A stretch of 64,000 nt of DNA. Origin: Nitrosopumilus sp. (GTDB lineage: Archaea; Thermoproteota; Nitrososphaeria; Nitrososphaerales; Nitrosopumilaceae). How positions within the stretch are numbered: position 1 is the first letter of the stretch; each line of letters opens with the position of its first letter. The stretch is from assembly GCA_963667665.2 (NCBI GenBank), contig OY763927.2:416001-480000 (forward strand), in the 5' to 3' direction. A program made the translations under genes and the position numbers. Below, in pieces: positions 50,396-60,685 of the stretch. The notes beneath the pieces are model-generated. The model was not told where the DNA came from. It saw nothing but the letters and a program-made list of their open reading frames with translations, and did no database searches.

Positions 50396-50608
50396 ATGGG
50401 ACTTGTCTCAAAAGGTGCAAAATGCAATGTTGATGGATGTGATAAAGATGGTGCTCGATCATTGAACACTGTAAAAGTTGAACGTGCAGGAATTAGAGTA
50501 AATTCTTCAGGTAAGAAATCTGTTCTTTGTAAAGAACACTATAAAGAATGGAAAAAAGAATCTAAAGATGATCGAGATCTTGAACGTGCTCGCTATGACA
50601 AGTTTTAG
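50396..50608 (+). CDS. Small zinc-binding protein
   Basis: CNVDGC..LCKEHYKEWKK. Confidence 0.8.
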   Translation: MGLVSKGAKCNVDGCDKDGARSLNTVKVERAGIRVNSSGKKSVLCKEHYKEWKKESKDDRDLERARYDKF

Positions 50609-51699
50609 TTTTTCTTTTTTGATTTATTTTTATTGAATGATGGATTTTTGATATAGTCATCTCTTAATTTATCATATAGTTTATCTAATTTTTTGTATAG
50701 CCGTTTTGGTTTTCTTGTTTTTTGATTACTAAGTACGTATAATGCCAAAATTGGAAATGCAATTGTTGCATCAGCATAAACTGTTATCAGTCCGTCATGT
50801 GCATCTTGAACTTTGCCCCAACTCTTTCCTTCTTGCAGTGTTGCACCAGATAATCCACCTGTGTCTGGTCGTGCATCTGTAATTTGAATAATGTAATCTT
50901 GTCCTCCATCACTTCTTCGTAGAATCTGATCTAATAGTGGACCTGTTTGCTGAGCTGTATTCTTTGGTACTCCTCCACCTAATTCTAAAATTCCTGATTT
51001 CTTTGAACCATAAAGAATCGCTGCTTGTTCGATAATTTCTTTAACAAAATCATGATTGTATATTTTTCCTTTCAGTCTTTGAATTGATAAATTCAATGCC
51101 AGTGAAGAATCATTCATTGTAGAAATGTATACAGGAACATCATATTCGTATGCAGTTGCGATGAAACTCTTTTCAGGATATTTTGCCTTCTCTTTACTCA
51201 TCTTTCCCATCAAATTACAAAATTCTGCAGATGTAAATGGTTCATCAAGAACATCTTTCCCAAACATTTTCTGAATAACTTGATCTTCTGCTTCTAATGT
51301 TTCGTAAAACTTTATGTATACATCTCTGATTCTAACAATCTCTTTTTGAAATAATTTCATATCATCAACAACAGAACTTCCTTGTTTGATAGGTAATCCC
51401 CATGCAAAATGATCTTCATGATAAACGTTAGCCCCAGTTGTGATAATCCAATCAACAAATCCACGTTCGATTAATGTTTTAATGATTCCTCCAAATCCAA
51501 CTAGTGTCAATGCACCAGATACTGTAAGACAAATAGTTGCATCGTCTTTGATCATTTTTGCATAAAGTTTTGCTGCTTCACCAAGTTTTCGTCCATTAAA
51601 CCCTGAACTCTCAAATACATCAACTAAATTCTCTATAGTCATGTTTTGATCTAATTTTATGTGAGGGATATCTCTACCATGAAATTTGTGTGGGTACAC
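50605..51699 (-). CDS. Deoxyhypusine synthase-family protein
   Basis: ITTGAN, GGGVPKN, TGGLSGATLQEGKSWGK, DATIAFP. Confidence 0.9.
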   Translation of the reverse strand: MYPHKFHGRDIPHIKLDQNMTIENLVDVFESSGFNGRKLGEAAKLYAKMIKDDATICLTVSGALTLVGFGGIIKTLIERGFVDWIITTGANVYHEDHFAWGLPIKQGSSVVDDMKLFQKEIVRIRDVYIKFYETLEAEDQVIQKMFGKDVLDEPFTSAEFCNLMGKMSKEKAKYPEKSFIATAYEYDVPVYISTMNDSSLALNLSIQRLKGKIYNHDFVKEIIEQAAILYGSKKSGILELGGGVPKNTAQQTGPLLDQILRRSDGGQDYIIQITDARPDTGGLSGATLQEGKSWGKVQDAHDGLITVYADATIAFPILALYVLSNQKTRKPKRLYKKLDKLYDKLRDDYIKNPSFNKNKSKKKN

Positions 51700-51811
51700 T
51701 TTTTAAAAATAACTTTTAACTGTAATTAATGCTTACGCAAGGATTCTTTGATGTGTAATTCTGAATTTACGTAAACATTACTTATCTAGGAATGACATGT
51801 AATGATCCTAG

Positions 51812-52144
51812 ATGATTATTGTTGATCTGCATGATCCGCAGCGAGTAAATAGGGCGCCTGATAAAGTTGAGGTTTTATTATCTTCTGGGAGTTTTGTTCA
51901 AGATGAGTTTAAAATTTCCAAAGTTGAATTGCGTCTTTATTATGAAAGAACTGATGACAAATTAGGCAAATATTTTTTGATTACTTCTTTTGTTGAAACT
52001 GATAATGGCTCAATTGAAATGATATATGATGAAGGATTTCGTGGAGAAGAACCACTTTCCAGGGCAGCTGAATTTCTTACTTCTAATTTAGGAATATCTG
52101 GTCTAGTTTTACGCTCAGTAATTTCTATACGTGAGAAAACATAA
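51812..52144 (+). CDS. Hypothetical protein
   Basis: 110-aa ORF. Confidence 0.75.
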   Translation: MIIVDLHDPQRVNRAPDKVEVLLSSGSFVQDEFKISKVELRLYYERTDDKLGKYFLITSFVETDNGSIEMIYDEGFRGEEPLSRAAEFLTSNLGISGLVLRSVISIREKT

Positions 52145-52220
52145 TTCTATGAACCTCTAAAATTTGTCATTCCAAATACAAACAACATGTTTTATTCTAT
52201 TTTTCTCTAATAGATATGAA

Positions 52221-52358
52221 ATGAGCCAAACTTCACAGGTTACAAAATCTGATAATTCGTATGAGCGCGAAGCCCACAAATTAAACACTGAACTCCAAGT
52301 TGCATTATTGAAATGGAAGTTAAATTCCATGGAAAAGAAAACTAAATTTAGTTTTTAG
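52221..52358 (+). CDS. Small hypothetical protein
   Basis: MSQTSQVTKSDNSYEREAHKLNTELQVALLKWKLNSMEKKTKFSF*. Confidence 0.5.
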   Translation: MSQTSQVTKSDNSYEREAHKLNTELQVALLKWKLNSMEKKTKFSF

Positions 52359-52461
52359 TCGTATTTTAGAAATTTAATTGTAATTTAATTTACTGACACA
52401 GAGAACTCTTACTGATAAATCCTGCTTGTTCCTTAAGTAGAAAGTTTCCATTTTTTATCAT

Positions 52462-53079
52462 ATGAAACAAATTAGCAAAAAACATTCGTTGCTATTTACA
52501 ATACCTGTATTAACTGCACTTGTTTTTGGTTCACTTGGAACAACTGATGTATTTGCAGAATATGCAAACATTAGTCTAGTTCCTGACAACGTTTCATCAG
52601 ATAGAACTGATGCATTATTAGATGTATCAGTTGAATCACCAGACAGACAAGCTGAAGTTGAATTTAGAGGTGGTACTGACGGATGGGCAATCATCGGAGG
52701 TCAGGCATATGCATCTGAAATCGGAATAACTGGAAATGCTGTTCGTCAAGATAATGGTGTATGAAAAGTAAAATCTGAAGCAAAAATCATTGTGGGGGAT
52801 AGACATGCAACATTAGATTTGAAAGGCAAAGCAGTTAATGGAAAACTTAGACTTCATGGAACTGGAACATTAGATAGTGGAGATTCTTTTAGAATAATTC
52901 TAAGAGGACACTATGCACCAATTAATGGCCAAACAGGAGACTTTGCACTTGATTGGTCAACTGCAAAAATCCAAAATATGGAAAATGGTATTAGAATTCC
53001 ATTATTTCAAGATGGAATGGTCCATGTCCAGCCAGTAGTTCCAATAGTTGATGTCTTAAATGATTCAACACTGAACTAA
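52462..53079 (+). pseudogene. Secreted beta-rich protein interrupted by in-frame TGA
   Basis: Signal peptide (VFA-E); the two track ORFs are in the same frame, separated by TGA at 52762-52764 (GV*KVKSEAKIIVGDR). Confidence 0.8.
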
Positions 53080-53086
53080 ACGTTGA

Positions 53087-53111
53087 GGAGTAATACTCCA
53101 TTTCTTTTTTC
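53087..53111 (+). terminator. Short hairpin plus T-tract
   Basis: GGAG-taata-CTCC followed by atttctttttt. Confidence 0.5.
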
Positions 53112-53170
53112 TTTAAAATTAGTTCATTTTCAGGTCTCATATCCTAAGGATTTTAAAGTAAACTATTGAG

Positions 53171-55045
53171 TTGAATTACATGCGAATATTACAATTACAC
53201 TGTGACAGCATAGAGTATACTCCAACAAAAAAAGAGATCAAAATGGCTGAAGATATAGAAAATCCTCAACTCCAAAGACTTGAGGAGGTTGTAGTTGCAT
53301 TTGTTGCAATAGAAGATGGTGATGATTCTTCAGTAGCACAAAATGCCATATCTCAAATAAAAAATTCAATGGAAAAAATTGGATGTAAAAAACTATTACT
53401 ATACCCATATGCTCATCTTAGCTCTAATCTTGCAAAACCATCTATTGCAATTACATTGCTTGGTGAAATGGAAAATAATGCAACTGATCTTGAAGTATCT
53501 CATTCTCCATTTGGCTGGACTAAATCTTACAAAATACAAGTAAAAGGACATCCACTAGCTGAAAGCTCCAAAGTTGTAACTAAAGATTCAACAAATTCTA
53601 AAGATGAAGAACTTACATCTGAGGCGTTAAAAGGAGAATCAAACATTCGTTCTTACTGGAAAATAATGTCTCCTGATGGAACAATGACTAACATTGGAGA
53701 TTTTGATTTCTCAAATCACAAAAACTTGGAAATCTTAGCAAAATACGAATCAGCAAAACAACGTAGTGTAGATGAATCGCCACCACATGTTGCATTAATG
53801 AAGAAGATGGCAATTGCAGATTATGAACCTGCATCTGATTCTGGTAACATGAGATTCTATCCTAATGGTCGTCTAATCAAATCTTTGATTGAACAATATG
53901 TTACTGAAAGGGTTAGAGATTATGGTGGATATGAAGTTGAAACTCCAATCATGTATGATTCAGAGCATCCAAGTATGGTTAGTTACTTTAACCGATTTCC
54001 AGCAAGGCAATATAATATTGATTCAGAAGGAAAAAAACTCTTTTTGAGATTTGCTGCTTGTTTTGGACAATTTCTTATGGCAAATCAATATCAACTATCA
54101 TACAAGAATTTACCATATAGACTCTATGAGCTTACACGGTATAGCTTTCGTAGAGAACAATCGGGTGAACTTGTTGGCTTGAGACGACTCAGAGCATTTA
54201 CAATGCCTGACTGTCATGCATTTTGCAAAGACCTAGAGCAGGCAGTTGATGAGATTATGTTACGATTTGATCTATCCCAAAGTGTTCTTCATGAACTTGG
54301 TATTGATAAATCTGATTATGATATGGCAATTAGATTCACTGAAGATTTTTACAATGAAAATAAATCCTCCATTGAAGAACTAGTACGAAAAAATGGTAAA
54401 CCCGTATTAGTTGAAATGTGGAAAGAAAAATTCTTTTACTTTGTTCTAAAATGGGAGTTTAACTTTATTGATAATTTAGGAAAGGCATCGGCTTTATCTA
54501 CAGACCAAATTGATGTGGAAAATGCAAATAGATATGGAATTGAATTTGTTGATGAGAATAACAACAAACAACATCCTATAATCTTGCATAATTCACCTAG
54601 TGGTGCAATTGAGAGAATAATTTATGCCTTGTTAGAAAAAGCAGCAAAAGATATCAAAGAAGGAAAAAAACCACAATTCCCATTATGGTTAGCCCCAACA
54701 CAAGTTAGAGTAATTCCATTAAAAGAAGAATTTAATGGCTTTGCTGAAACTTTGGCTGATAAAATTTCAAGTAATAATATTCGTGTGGATATTGATGATA
54801 GAAATGAAAGCATTGGAAAAAGAATACGTGAAGCAGAAAAGGAATGGATACGATACATTTTGGTAATTGGTGAAAAAGAAGTAAATTCTACAAATCTAAG
54901 TATTCGTGATAGAAAAACAGGTGATGTTAAAGAACTATCCTTTGATAATTTCTTAAATGAAATAAACGAGCAAATTAAAGGAAAACCATTCATTGGTTTG
55001 AATTTACCAAAACATCTCTCAAAGAGACCACAATTAATGGTGTAG
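53171..55045 (+). CDS. thrS: Threonyl-tRNA synthetase (archaeal type, N-terminal editing domain)
   Basis: YPYAHLSS, PFGW.K, GHPLAE, LRFAACFG, FRREQSGE, AFTMPDCH, GAIER. Confidence 0.98.
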   Translation: MNYMRILQLHCDSIEYTPTKKEIKMAEDIENPQLQRLEEVVVAFVAIEDGDDSSVAQNAISQIKNSMEKIGCKKLLLYPYAHLSSNLAKPSIAITLLGEMENNATDLEVSHSPFGWTKSYKIQVKGHPLAESSKVVTKDSTNSKDEELTSEALKGESNIRSYWKIMSPDGTMTNIGDFDFSNHKNLEILAKYESAKQRSVDESPPHVALMKKMAIADYEPASDSGNMRFYPNGRLIKSLIEQYVTERVRDYGGYEVETPIMYDSEHPSMVSYFNRFPARQYNIDSEGKKLFLRFAACFGQFLMANQYQLSYKNLPYRLYELTRYSFRREQSGELVGLRRLRAFTMPDCHAFCKDLEQAVDEIMLRFDLSQSVLHELGIDKSDYDMAIRFTEDFYNENKSSIEELVRKNGKPVLVEMWKEKFFYFVLKWEFNFIDNLGKASALSTDQIDVENANRYGIEFVDENNNKQHPIILHNSPSGAIERIIYALLEKAAKDIKEGKKPQFPLWLAPTQVRVIPLKEEFNGFAETLADKISSNNIRVDIDDRNESIGKRIREAEKEWIRYILVIGEKEVNSTNLSIRDRKTGDVKELSFDNFLNEINEQIKGKPFIGLNLPKHLSKRPQLMV

Positions 55046-55926
55046 TGGAAATGAGCTTTATTGATTTGTACATGAACAGAAATCCGTTGATTACTGGTTC
55101 TGATGAGGGTTCTGAGCCTGTAGCAACTGTGTTTGGTGTTCCTTTTGATGCAACGCATTCTTACAAACCTGGTTGCAGATTTGGACCTGATGCAATTCGT
55201 GATTCATTTAATAACATTGAAGTTTTTCATCCTGAATTCCAAATAGATTTAGAAGCAGTCAACATTGAAGATTTGGGAAATACTCGTCATACGGTAGTTG
55301 CATCTGAAATGATTGATATGGTAAAAAAAATTACTATTGAGCTTGTAGCAAAACAAAGACAACTATTCATTTTGGGTGGTGAGCACTCAATTACGTATGG
55401 TGCCTATACTAGTTTTCCAAAAGAAACAGGCTATGTTGTGTTTGATGCTCATTATGATTTACGAGATGAATTTGCAGACACAAAATTAAGTCATGCATCT
55501 TATCTTCGAAGGATTGTTGAAGAAAGAGGTGCTGAAAATATTTTACATGTTGGAGCTAGGGCATTTATCGGTGAAGAATTAGAATTTCTAAAAGAAAACA
55601 ATATCAAAACAATTTCTGATAAAGAAATCAGAGAAGGAAAAGGACCTCAATTATTAAAAGATCATGTGTCTACTTTTGATACAATTTATTCTAGTTTTGA
55701 TCTTGATGTACTGGATCCTGCGTTTGCACCAGGTGTGGGAAACCCAGAAGCTGTAGGTATTTCTTCTCGAGAATTATTTGATATGATTCATTCTTTTGAG
55801 AATGCAAAAATTATTGGTGTGGATATTATGGAACTAAATCCATATCATGATAATGGCTCAACTGCATCTCTTGCAGCCAAGATAATGTCTACTATGGTTG
55901 CCATGAATTTATCTCAAAATAGATAA
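55045..55926 (+). CDS. speB: Agmatinase
   Basis: GGEHS, DAHYD, SFDLDVLDPAFAPGVG.P, ELNP. Confidence 0.93.
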   Translation: MEMSFIDLYMNRNPLITGSDEGSEPVATVFGVPFDATHSYKPGCRFGPDAIRDSFNNIEVFHPEFQIDLEAVNIEDLGNTRHTVVASEMIDMVKKITIELVAKQRQLFILGGEHSITYGAYTSFPKETGYVVFDAHYDLRDEFADTKLSHASYLRRIVEERGAENILHVGARAFIGEELEFLKENNIKTISDKEIREGKGPQLLKDHVSTFDTIYSSFDLDVLDPAFAPGVGNPEAVGISSRELFDMIHSFENAKIIGVDIMELNPYHDNGSTASLAAKIMSTMVAMNLSQNR

Positions 55927-56034
55927 CAATTTCTTCCGTTGATTTCAGTCCAATTTAATGATGAGGCTGATTTTCTAAATTATCTGTGTTTTATTTCTGT
56001 TCACTTTATTAGCTAGTATTGTTGGGGTTATCTC

Positions 56035-56607
56035 GTGTTAAATAATCTCCGAGAATCACTCGCTCCAGCACTTGAAAAGATTGGAAAGGGATTTGCATCA
56101 ACAGGTCTGTCTCCTAATTTTTGGACTTGTGTTGGTCTTGCATTTGCATTGATTTCAGCAATAGTGTATGGTATGGGAATAGAATTTGGATTGATAATTG
56201 GAGGAATATTGTTACTTGTTTCTGGATTTTTTGATATGGTAGATGGCCAAGTAGCAAAAGTTACTGGAAAGACCTCAAAAAAAGGATCTTATTTTGACTC
56301 TATGTCTGATAAAATTGCTGAAGTTGCAATATTTTTAGGAATTTTAGTTGGTGGATATGCAGAACCTTATCTTGTATTACTTGCAATTACTTTATCACTT
56401 CTAGTTAGTTATGCAAGAGCAAAGTCTGATGCCCTTAACATTAAACTTCAAGGGGTGGGTATTGGTGAAAGAGCTGAAAGGCTTTTGGTAATTGCTATAA
56501 TTGGAATAATTGGTTTCATGGAATATGCAGTAATAATTGTGGTAGTAATTGCTGGAATTACTCTAATTCAAAGAATGGCAGTAACTGCAAAAAACATTAA
56601 AGAATAA
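56035..56607 (+). CDS. CDP-alcohol phosphatidyltransferase
   Basis: DMVDGQVAK..G..FDSMSD signature. Confidence 0.92.
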   Translation: MLNNLRESLAPALEKIGKGFASTGLSPNFWTCVGLAFALISAIVYGMGIEFGLIIGGILLLVSGFFDMVDGQVAKVTGKTSKKGSYFDSMSDKIAEVAIFLGILVGGYAEPYLVLLAITLSLLVSYARAKSDALNIKLQGVGIGERAERLLVIAIIGIIGFMEYAVIIVVVIAGITLIQRMAVTAKNIKE

Positions 56608-56609
56608 TA

Positions 56610-56897
56610 CTATCGAAGTTTTTCGCGTTTTCTTCTACTGTCTGCTGATCTAATTTTGAGAATCTTAAAGTGAATTGCACATGAAATACAATACGTTTTC
56701 AAAACTGTTGCTGAAGCAATGTATGCACCTTGTGCTCGTAGCTCTTTTGCTAATGTATGCTCTACTAGATTTATTCTACCTGTGACTTTTTTTGCCTTGT
56801 CTTTTGGAACTGTTTGTCCACAGTTTGTGCACTGAACAGTTCCTGATGATCCTTTTCCTCCTTTAGTACGACCTCTACTTGCACGTTTTAGTGGCAT
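56610..56897 (-). CDS. rps26e: Ribosomal protein S26e
   Basis: MPLKRASRGR, CTNCG..VPKDKA, YCISCAIH. Confidence 0.96.
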   Translation of the reverse strand: MPLKRASRGRTKGGKGSSGTVQCTNCGQTVPKDKAKKVTGRINLVEHTLAKELRAQGAYIASATVLKTYCISCAIHFKILKIRSADSRRKREKLR

Positions 56898-57057
56898 TAT
56901 CATAAAACCCATTTGCCTACTTATATTCTTGAGTATTTTCTAAAATATTCATTTGAACCTGAAATGAGTTAAAATCACCCAAAAAATATCAAGATTTAAT
57001 CAAAAATAATATTCTATTCCCTTTTGAGTTAGTTGTAAAGAGAAATGGTGATTATAG

Positions 57058-57641
57058 TTGCTAAGTGAAGAGGATCTAATTGCTCGAATTCTAAAAGTCA
57101 AAGATCTTAAAGAGAACTGCTTCAAATATCTTGAAGAAAGCTCAAAAAAATTACTAACTCAGAAAATCCTTTTTGCAATGGCAGAGTTGACTGCTGAAAA
57201 GATGAGTCCTGTAAAACTCTCTGAAATTGCACAAAAGACAACTGGACAAAGTGACAAATCAAAGCAAGACCTAGTTCGACTTACAATAGAAAAATCCCTC
57301 CTAAAATGTGGGCTAGCTGAGAAATTAAAATATGCTCCAAATGATGTCCGATACATTTTGACTGCATATAGATTCCAAAAAATTAAAGAGATTGATAGTT
57401 TTAGAGGTGAGTCCTCACAACCAATCGGGGATGTATTTGAATTGCCAAAATCCTCTTGGCCAAAAAATATGGATATGAGCAATCACTCAAAAAACTGCAT
57501 TCAGATTACGACGTTGACTTGATTCCTCGTGGACAATATGAAACTCTAAACAGTGATTATACAAAATCTCTTAATCAAATTAATGAGAAATTAGATTCAA
57601 AATACTCTTCTCTTGAAACACTGGTGGTTTCAGAATCATAA
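57058..57641 (+). pseudogene. Winged-helix-like hypothetical protein, frameshifted
   Basis: Two overlapping ORFs; adding one A to the A-run near 57461 joins WP-KKYGYEQSLKKL. Confidence 0.6.
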
Positions 57642-57646
57642 AGTTT

Positions 57647-58765
57647 TTGATAATCTTTGGACTAGTTTTGTCGGGATTTGTCTTTGTAAGTCTTTTTGAT
57701 GAAGATTTGGCTTTTGCACAATCTAATCAGAATACCCTTAAACTAAGTTTTGAAGATAGTATTCTTCCATCACATGAAGTACCACTTGTTGCAGGAAATT
57801 TTTTTAATCTGATTCAAAGCTATTCTTGGGTTCGAGATGAAACAAGCAGGTATAATCTTGTGTCTTATACTATGGATGGTGAAACAGTAAAAATATCTAG
57901 AGATTCCAGAGGCGATTTTACATTAAGCATTCCAACTGATTCCTCTCATACTGTAATGTTTTCAGCTGTTTTACAATATGCTCTAAGTGTAGATGGGACA
58001 AATGATTTTTCATATCTTCCTTCTTCTCCAACCCAGGATAACTGGTTTGATGTAGGAACTGAAGTATCAATTAATGTACAAAAAATAACTGAAATTGAAA
58101 ACAACAAAGTACGACAAGAAATTACTGGACGGTCGCTTGACAAAGCAGAGTTTTGGAATATTGAAGATGATTCTACATCATTTACTACTCCACCTATTGT
58201 AATGACTGAATATCATCAAGTGGATTTCTTTAATACATATAAGTACAAACTTAACGTTCTATCTGATTCTGGGGTAACTACTGGAAGTGGATGGTATGAG
58301 CAGGGAGTTACTGTTCCAATTGGAGTTGATGTAGGTGGAGATGGTCTGATTCTAAATACTATATCTGAATGGGAGGGTGCTGATATAATTTATGATGGAA
58401 ACACTGCCCTAGTATTTGTTGATGGTCCAGTAACAGTTTCTGCAAAAGTTGAGAAAAATTATTCTCTTCTAATTGGAGTAATTGTGATACCTATTTTGGT
58501 TATTGGATTTGTTGCTGCTAAAAAATTCAAGAGATCTCCTATTGTTGAAGAGAAACCTGTAGAAAAAATCGTAGAAAGAATTATTGAAAAGATTGTAGAG
58601 ACACCTCAGAAAAAATATGAAGATGGGTATGATCTGAAACTCTCAGTATATCTTTCAGTGCAAACTCTGGCAAAACTGGATGAGATGCATTCTTCTAAAA
58701 TTATTTCTGAAAGTAAATATTCAAAAATTGTAGAGACCCAAAAATTCATCCAACAAAATCTCTAA
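57647..58765 (+). CDS. Membrane-anchored surface protein with beta-repeat domains
   Basis: Signal peptide (AFA-Q), G.GWY..G..V repeats, C-terminal TM then VEKIVE repeats. Confidence 0.75.
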   Translation: MIIFGLVLSGFVFVSLFDEDLAFAQSNQNTLKLSFEDSILPSHEVPLVAGNFFNLIQSYSWVRDETSRYNLVSYTMDGETVKISRDSRGDFTLSIPTDSSHTVMFSAVLQYALSVDGTNDFSYLPSSPTQDNWFDVGTEVSINVQKITEIENNKVRQEITGRSLDKAEFWNIEDDSTSFTTPPIVMTEYHQVDFFNTYKYKLNVLSDSGVTTGSGWYEQGVTVPIGVDVGGDGLILNTISEWEGADIIYDGNTALVFVDGPVTVSAKVEKNYSLLIGVIVIPILVIGFVAAKKFKRSPIVEEKPVEKIVERIIEKIVETPQKKYEDGYDLKLSVYLSVQTLAKLDEMHSSKIISESKYSKIVETQKFIQQNL

Positions 58766-58893
58766 AAAAAATCTTAACCTAATTCATAAAAATCTAAATT
58801 TGATGAATAATTTTAGTAGATTTCAAAAATAAAATTAATGTTGTGATTCCTTAGAATTATTTTCTCTATGGAATCACTGTGATATCTAGCGTG

Positions 58894-58917
58894 GGTTCTG
58901 TTGCATCTTAGTGATAT
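58894..58917 (+). repeat. Left terminal inverted repeat
   Basis: GGTTCTGTTGCA start matches IS6-family (IS257/IS26-like) ends. Confidence 0.92.
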
Positions 58918-58961
58918 GAAATATGGATCTTCTGAGGATTGGCTTATTGGGTGCTAGATTC

Positions 58962-58985
58962 GGTTCTGTAACGTTGTCAAGTGGT
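58962..58985 (+). repeat. Second, nested IS6-like end
   Basis: GGTTCTGTAACG.., first 8 nt identical to the outer TIR; abuts the repaired HNH stop at 58987. Confidence 0.6.
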
Positions 58986-58986
58986 A

Positions 58987-60380
58987 TTAGGATATGATTC
59001 CTATTTTGGTCAGTTTTGCCTTTAGTTCTGTTGTCGTCATCCTGTTTCCCTTCATGGAATTGCAGGACACACAAAAGCTGTTTGTTCTCATCAATATCTG
59101 CTCCACCCTTTGAGGTAGGTATGATGTGGTCTATTGTCAAATTCCTATATGGAAAGTGAACATCACATCCAGCACAATGCCCGTGCTGTTTACCGTATAA
59201 CATATCCTTGATGTTCTTTGACTGTGTTTCTTGCAATACTGGTGCTTCTGTAAGCGATATCAGTTGAGCCTCTTTTTTTGTGTACTAGTCAAGCAGATAC
59301 TCATCATGTAGTCTTCTTTTAATCAGGTTTAATGCAGTTTCAGATATGTCAATTCCTATCCATTTGCGGTCAAGTTTTTCAGATTCGATACAAGTTGTTG
59401 CACATCCACAAAAAGGATCAAGTATGACATCCCCCTCATCTGATGAAGCTTTGATGATTCTTTCAAGAAGTCGAAGTGGTTTCTGTGTAGGATATCCTAT
59501 TTTTTCTTTCCCAGATGTTATGTTTGGAATATCAATCCATGTATCACCTATTGGTTTTCCCTTGTATTTTTGGGCATATGATTTTCTTAGTGGTGTCTTA
59601 CCATCACGCCATATTATCTCATTATTAGAATCCATTTCCTTTAGGCGTTCTAATGATATACGCCATCCTGAAGAGTGTGGGTTCTTAACGCCTTTATACT
59701 CATAACAAAGATTGGGTCTGGCACCCATTGCAGGGGCACAGAATATCGGTACATCCGTATTATAATGCCCTTGTTTGTATTCGTGTGGGAATTTTTTCTT
59801 AAACTCATTTTCTGTAAGGTCAACATACGTGCCATTAAAACAATACTCTTTTTGTTTTGTGTAAAACAATATCACGTCATGATCGGAGCCAAATGTCTTG
59901 GGGTCATACTGACTACCCTTTGCACGACCTGATGCTTTCTGCCAGATGATTTCATTTCTGAAATTATTTGACTCATATTGCATCCAGAACGATTTTCAGA
60001 TAATGACTTGCAGTGGGATCACAATGAAGATACAAACTTCCCGTATTTTTCAGTATCCTATGCATTTCTAACAGTCTGATTGCCATGTAAATTGAATATG
60101 ACATAAGGTCTTCACCTGCTATCTTGTTGATGGCATCCAATACTATGTATAATGCCTCGTTTCTGTTGGCAATCTCACCCCACCAAGCTATGTCGACATC
60201 ACTTAAACTCCATGTATCCTTGAACTCGACACCTGCAGCTTTTGAGCCAATTGGTGCTGAGAAGTTCTTATTTTTGTTAAATGGAGGATCAAGATATATC
60301 AGGTCAACTGAATCATCGGACATACCTCTCATTACGTGTAAGTTGTCTGCAATGAAGACAGTTCTGTTTTTGATGGTCAA
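58987..60380 (-). pseudogene. Beta-class N6/N4 DNA methyltransferase-HNH endonuclease fusion, inactivated
   Basis: LIYLDPPF, then YPTQKP and DPFCGCATT, then CAGC..IDHIIP..GG..N.QLLC; frameshifts near 59976 and 59070, in-frame TAG at 59285-59287 followed by a 16-codon in-frame linker. Confidence 0.85.
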
Positions 60381-60452
60381 AAACGACCACCTTTAGCATT
60401 ACTGTCTATGGATTGTGGTCTGTCTGTCCTATGACATAAAGAACCGTTTCTG

Positions 60453-60596
60453 TCATCTTATTCTCTCCTTATTCCAATACGGAGAATTACATTTTTTATT
60501 ATTGCAATTCTTGGGAGATTCGTTTCTACTATACCAAATTGCATTACAACGATTACATTCATGTCTCCAGTATGCCCCATCTACTTTCATATTCAT
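60453..60596 (-). CDS. 47-aa C4 zinc-finger microprotein inside the IS
   Basis: MNMKVDGAYWRHECNRCNAIWYSRNESPKNCNNKKCNSPYWNKERIR*. Confidence 0.75.
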   Translation of the reverse strand: MNMKVDGAYWRHECNRCNAIWYSRNESPKNCNNKKCNSPYWNKERIR

Positions 60597-60643
60597 ACAA
60601 ATTCTATAAATTTAATACTATATAATTATTTACTACATATAGT

Positions 60644-60683
60644 TAAAAAGTATAGTATATATGTAGGTAAAAAGTATAGTATA
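60644..60683 (+). repeat. Two 16-bp direct repeats in the divergent promoter region
   Basis: TAAAAAGTATAGTATA at 60644-60659 and 60668-60683. Confidence 0.85.
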
Positions 60684-60685
60684 AT

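Noticed and set aside
52762-52764. Selenocysteine or pyrrolysine recoding of in-frame stops (also 42123 and 59285)
   Set aside because: No SECIS or pyl evidence, the SelB-like gene lacks a G domain, and the contexts fit simple nonsense mutations.
58886-58986. C-terminal part of the track HNH ORF
   Set aside because: Out-of-frame run-on after the frameshift near 59070; it reads through both IS ends.
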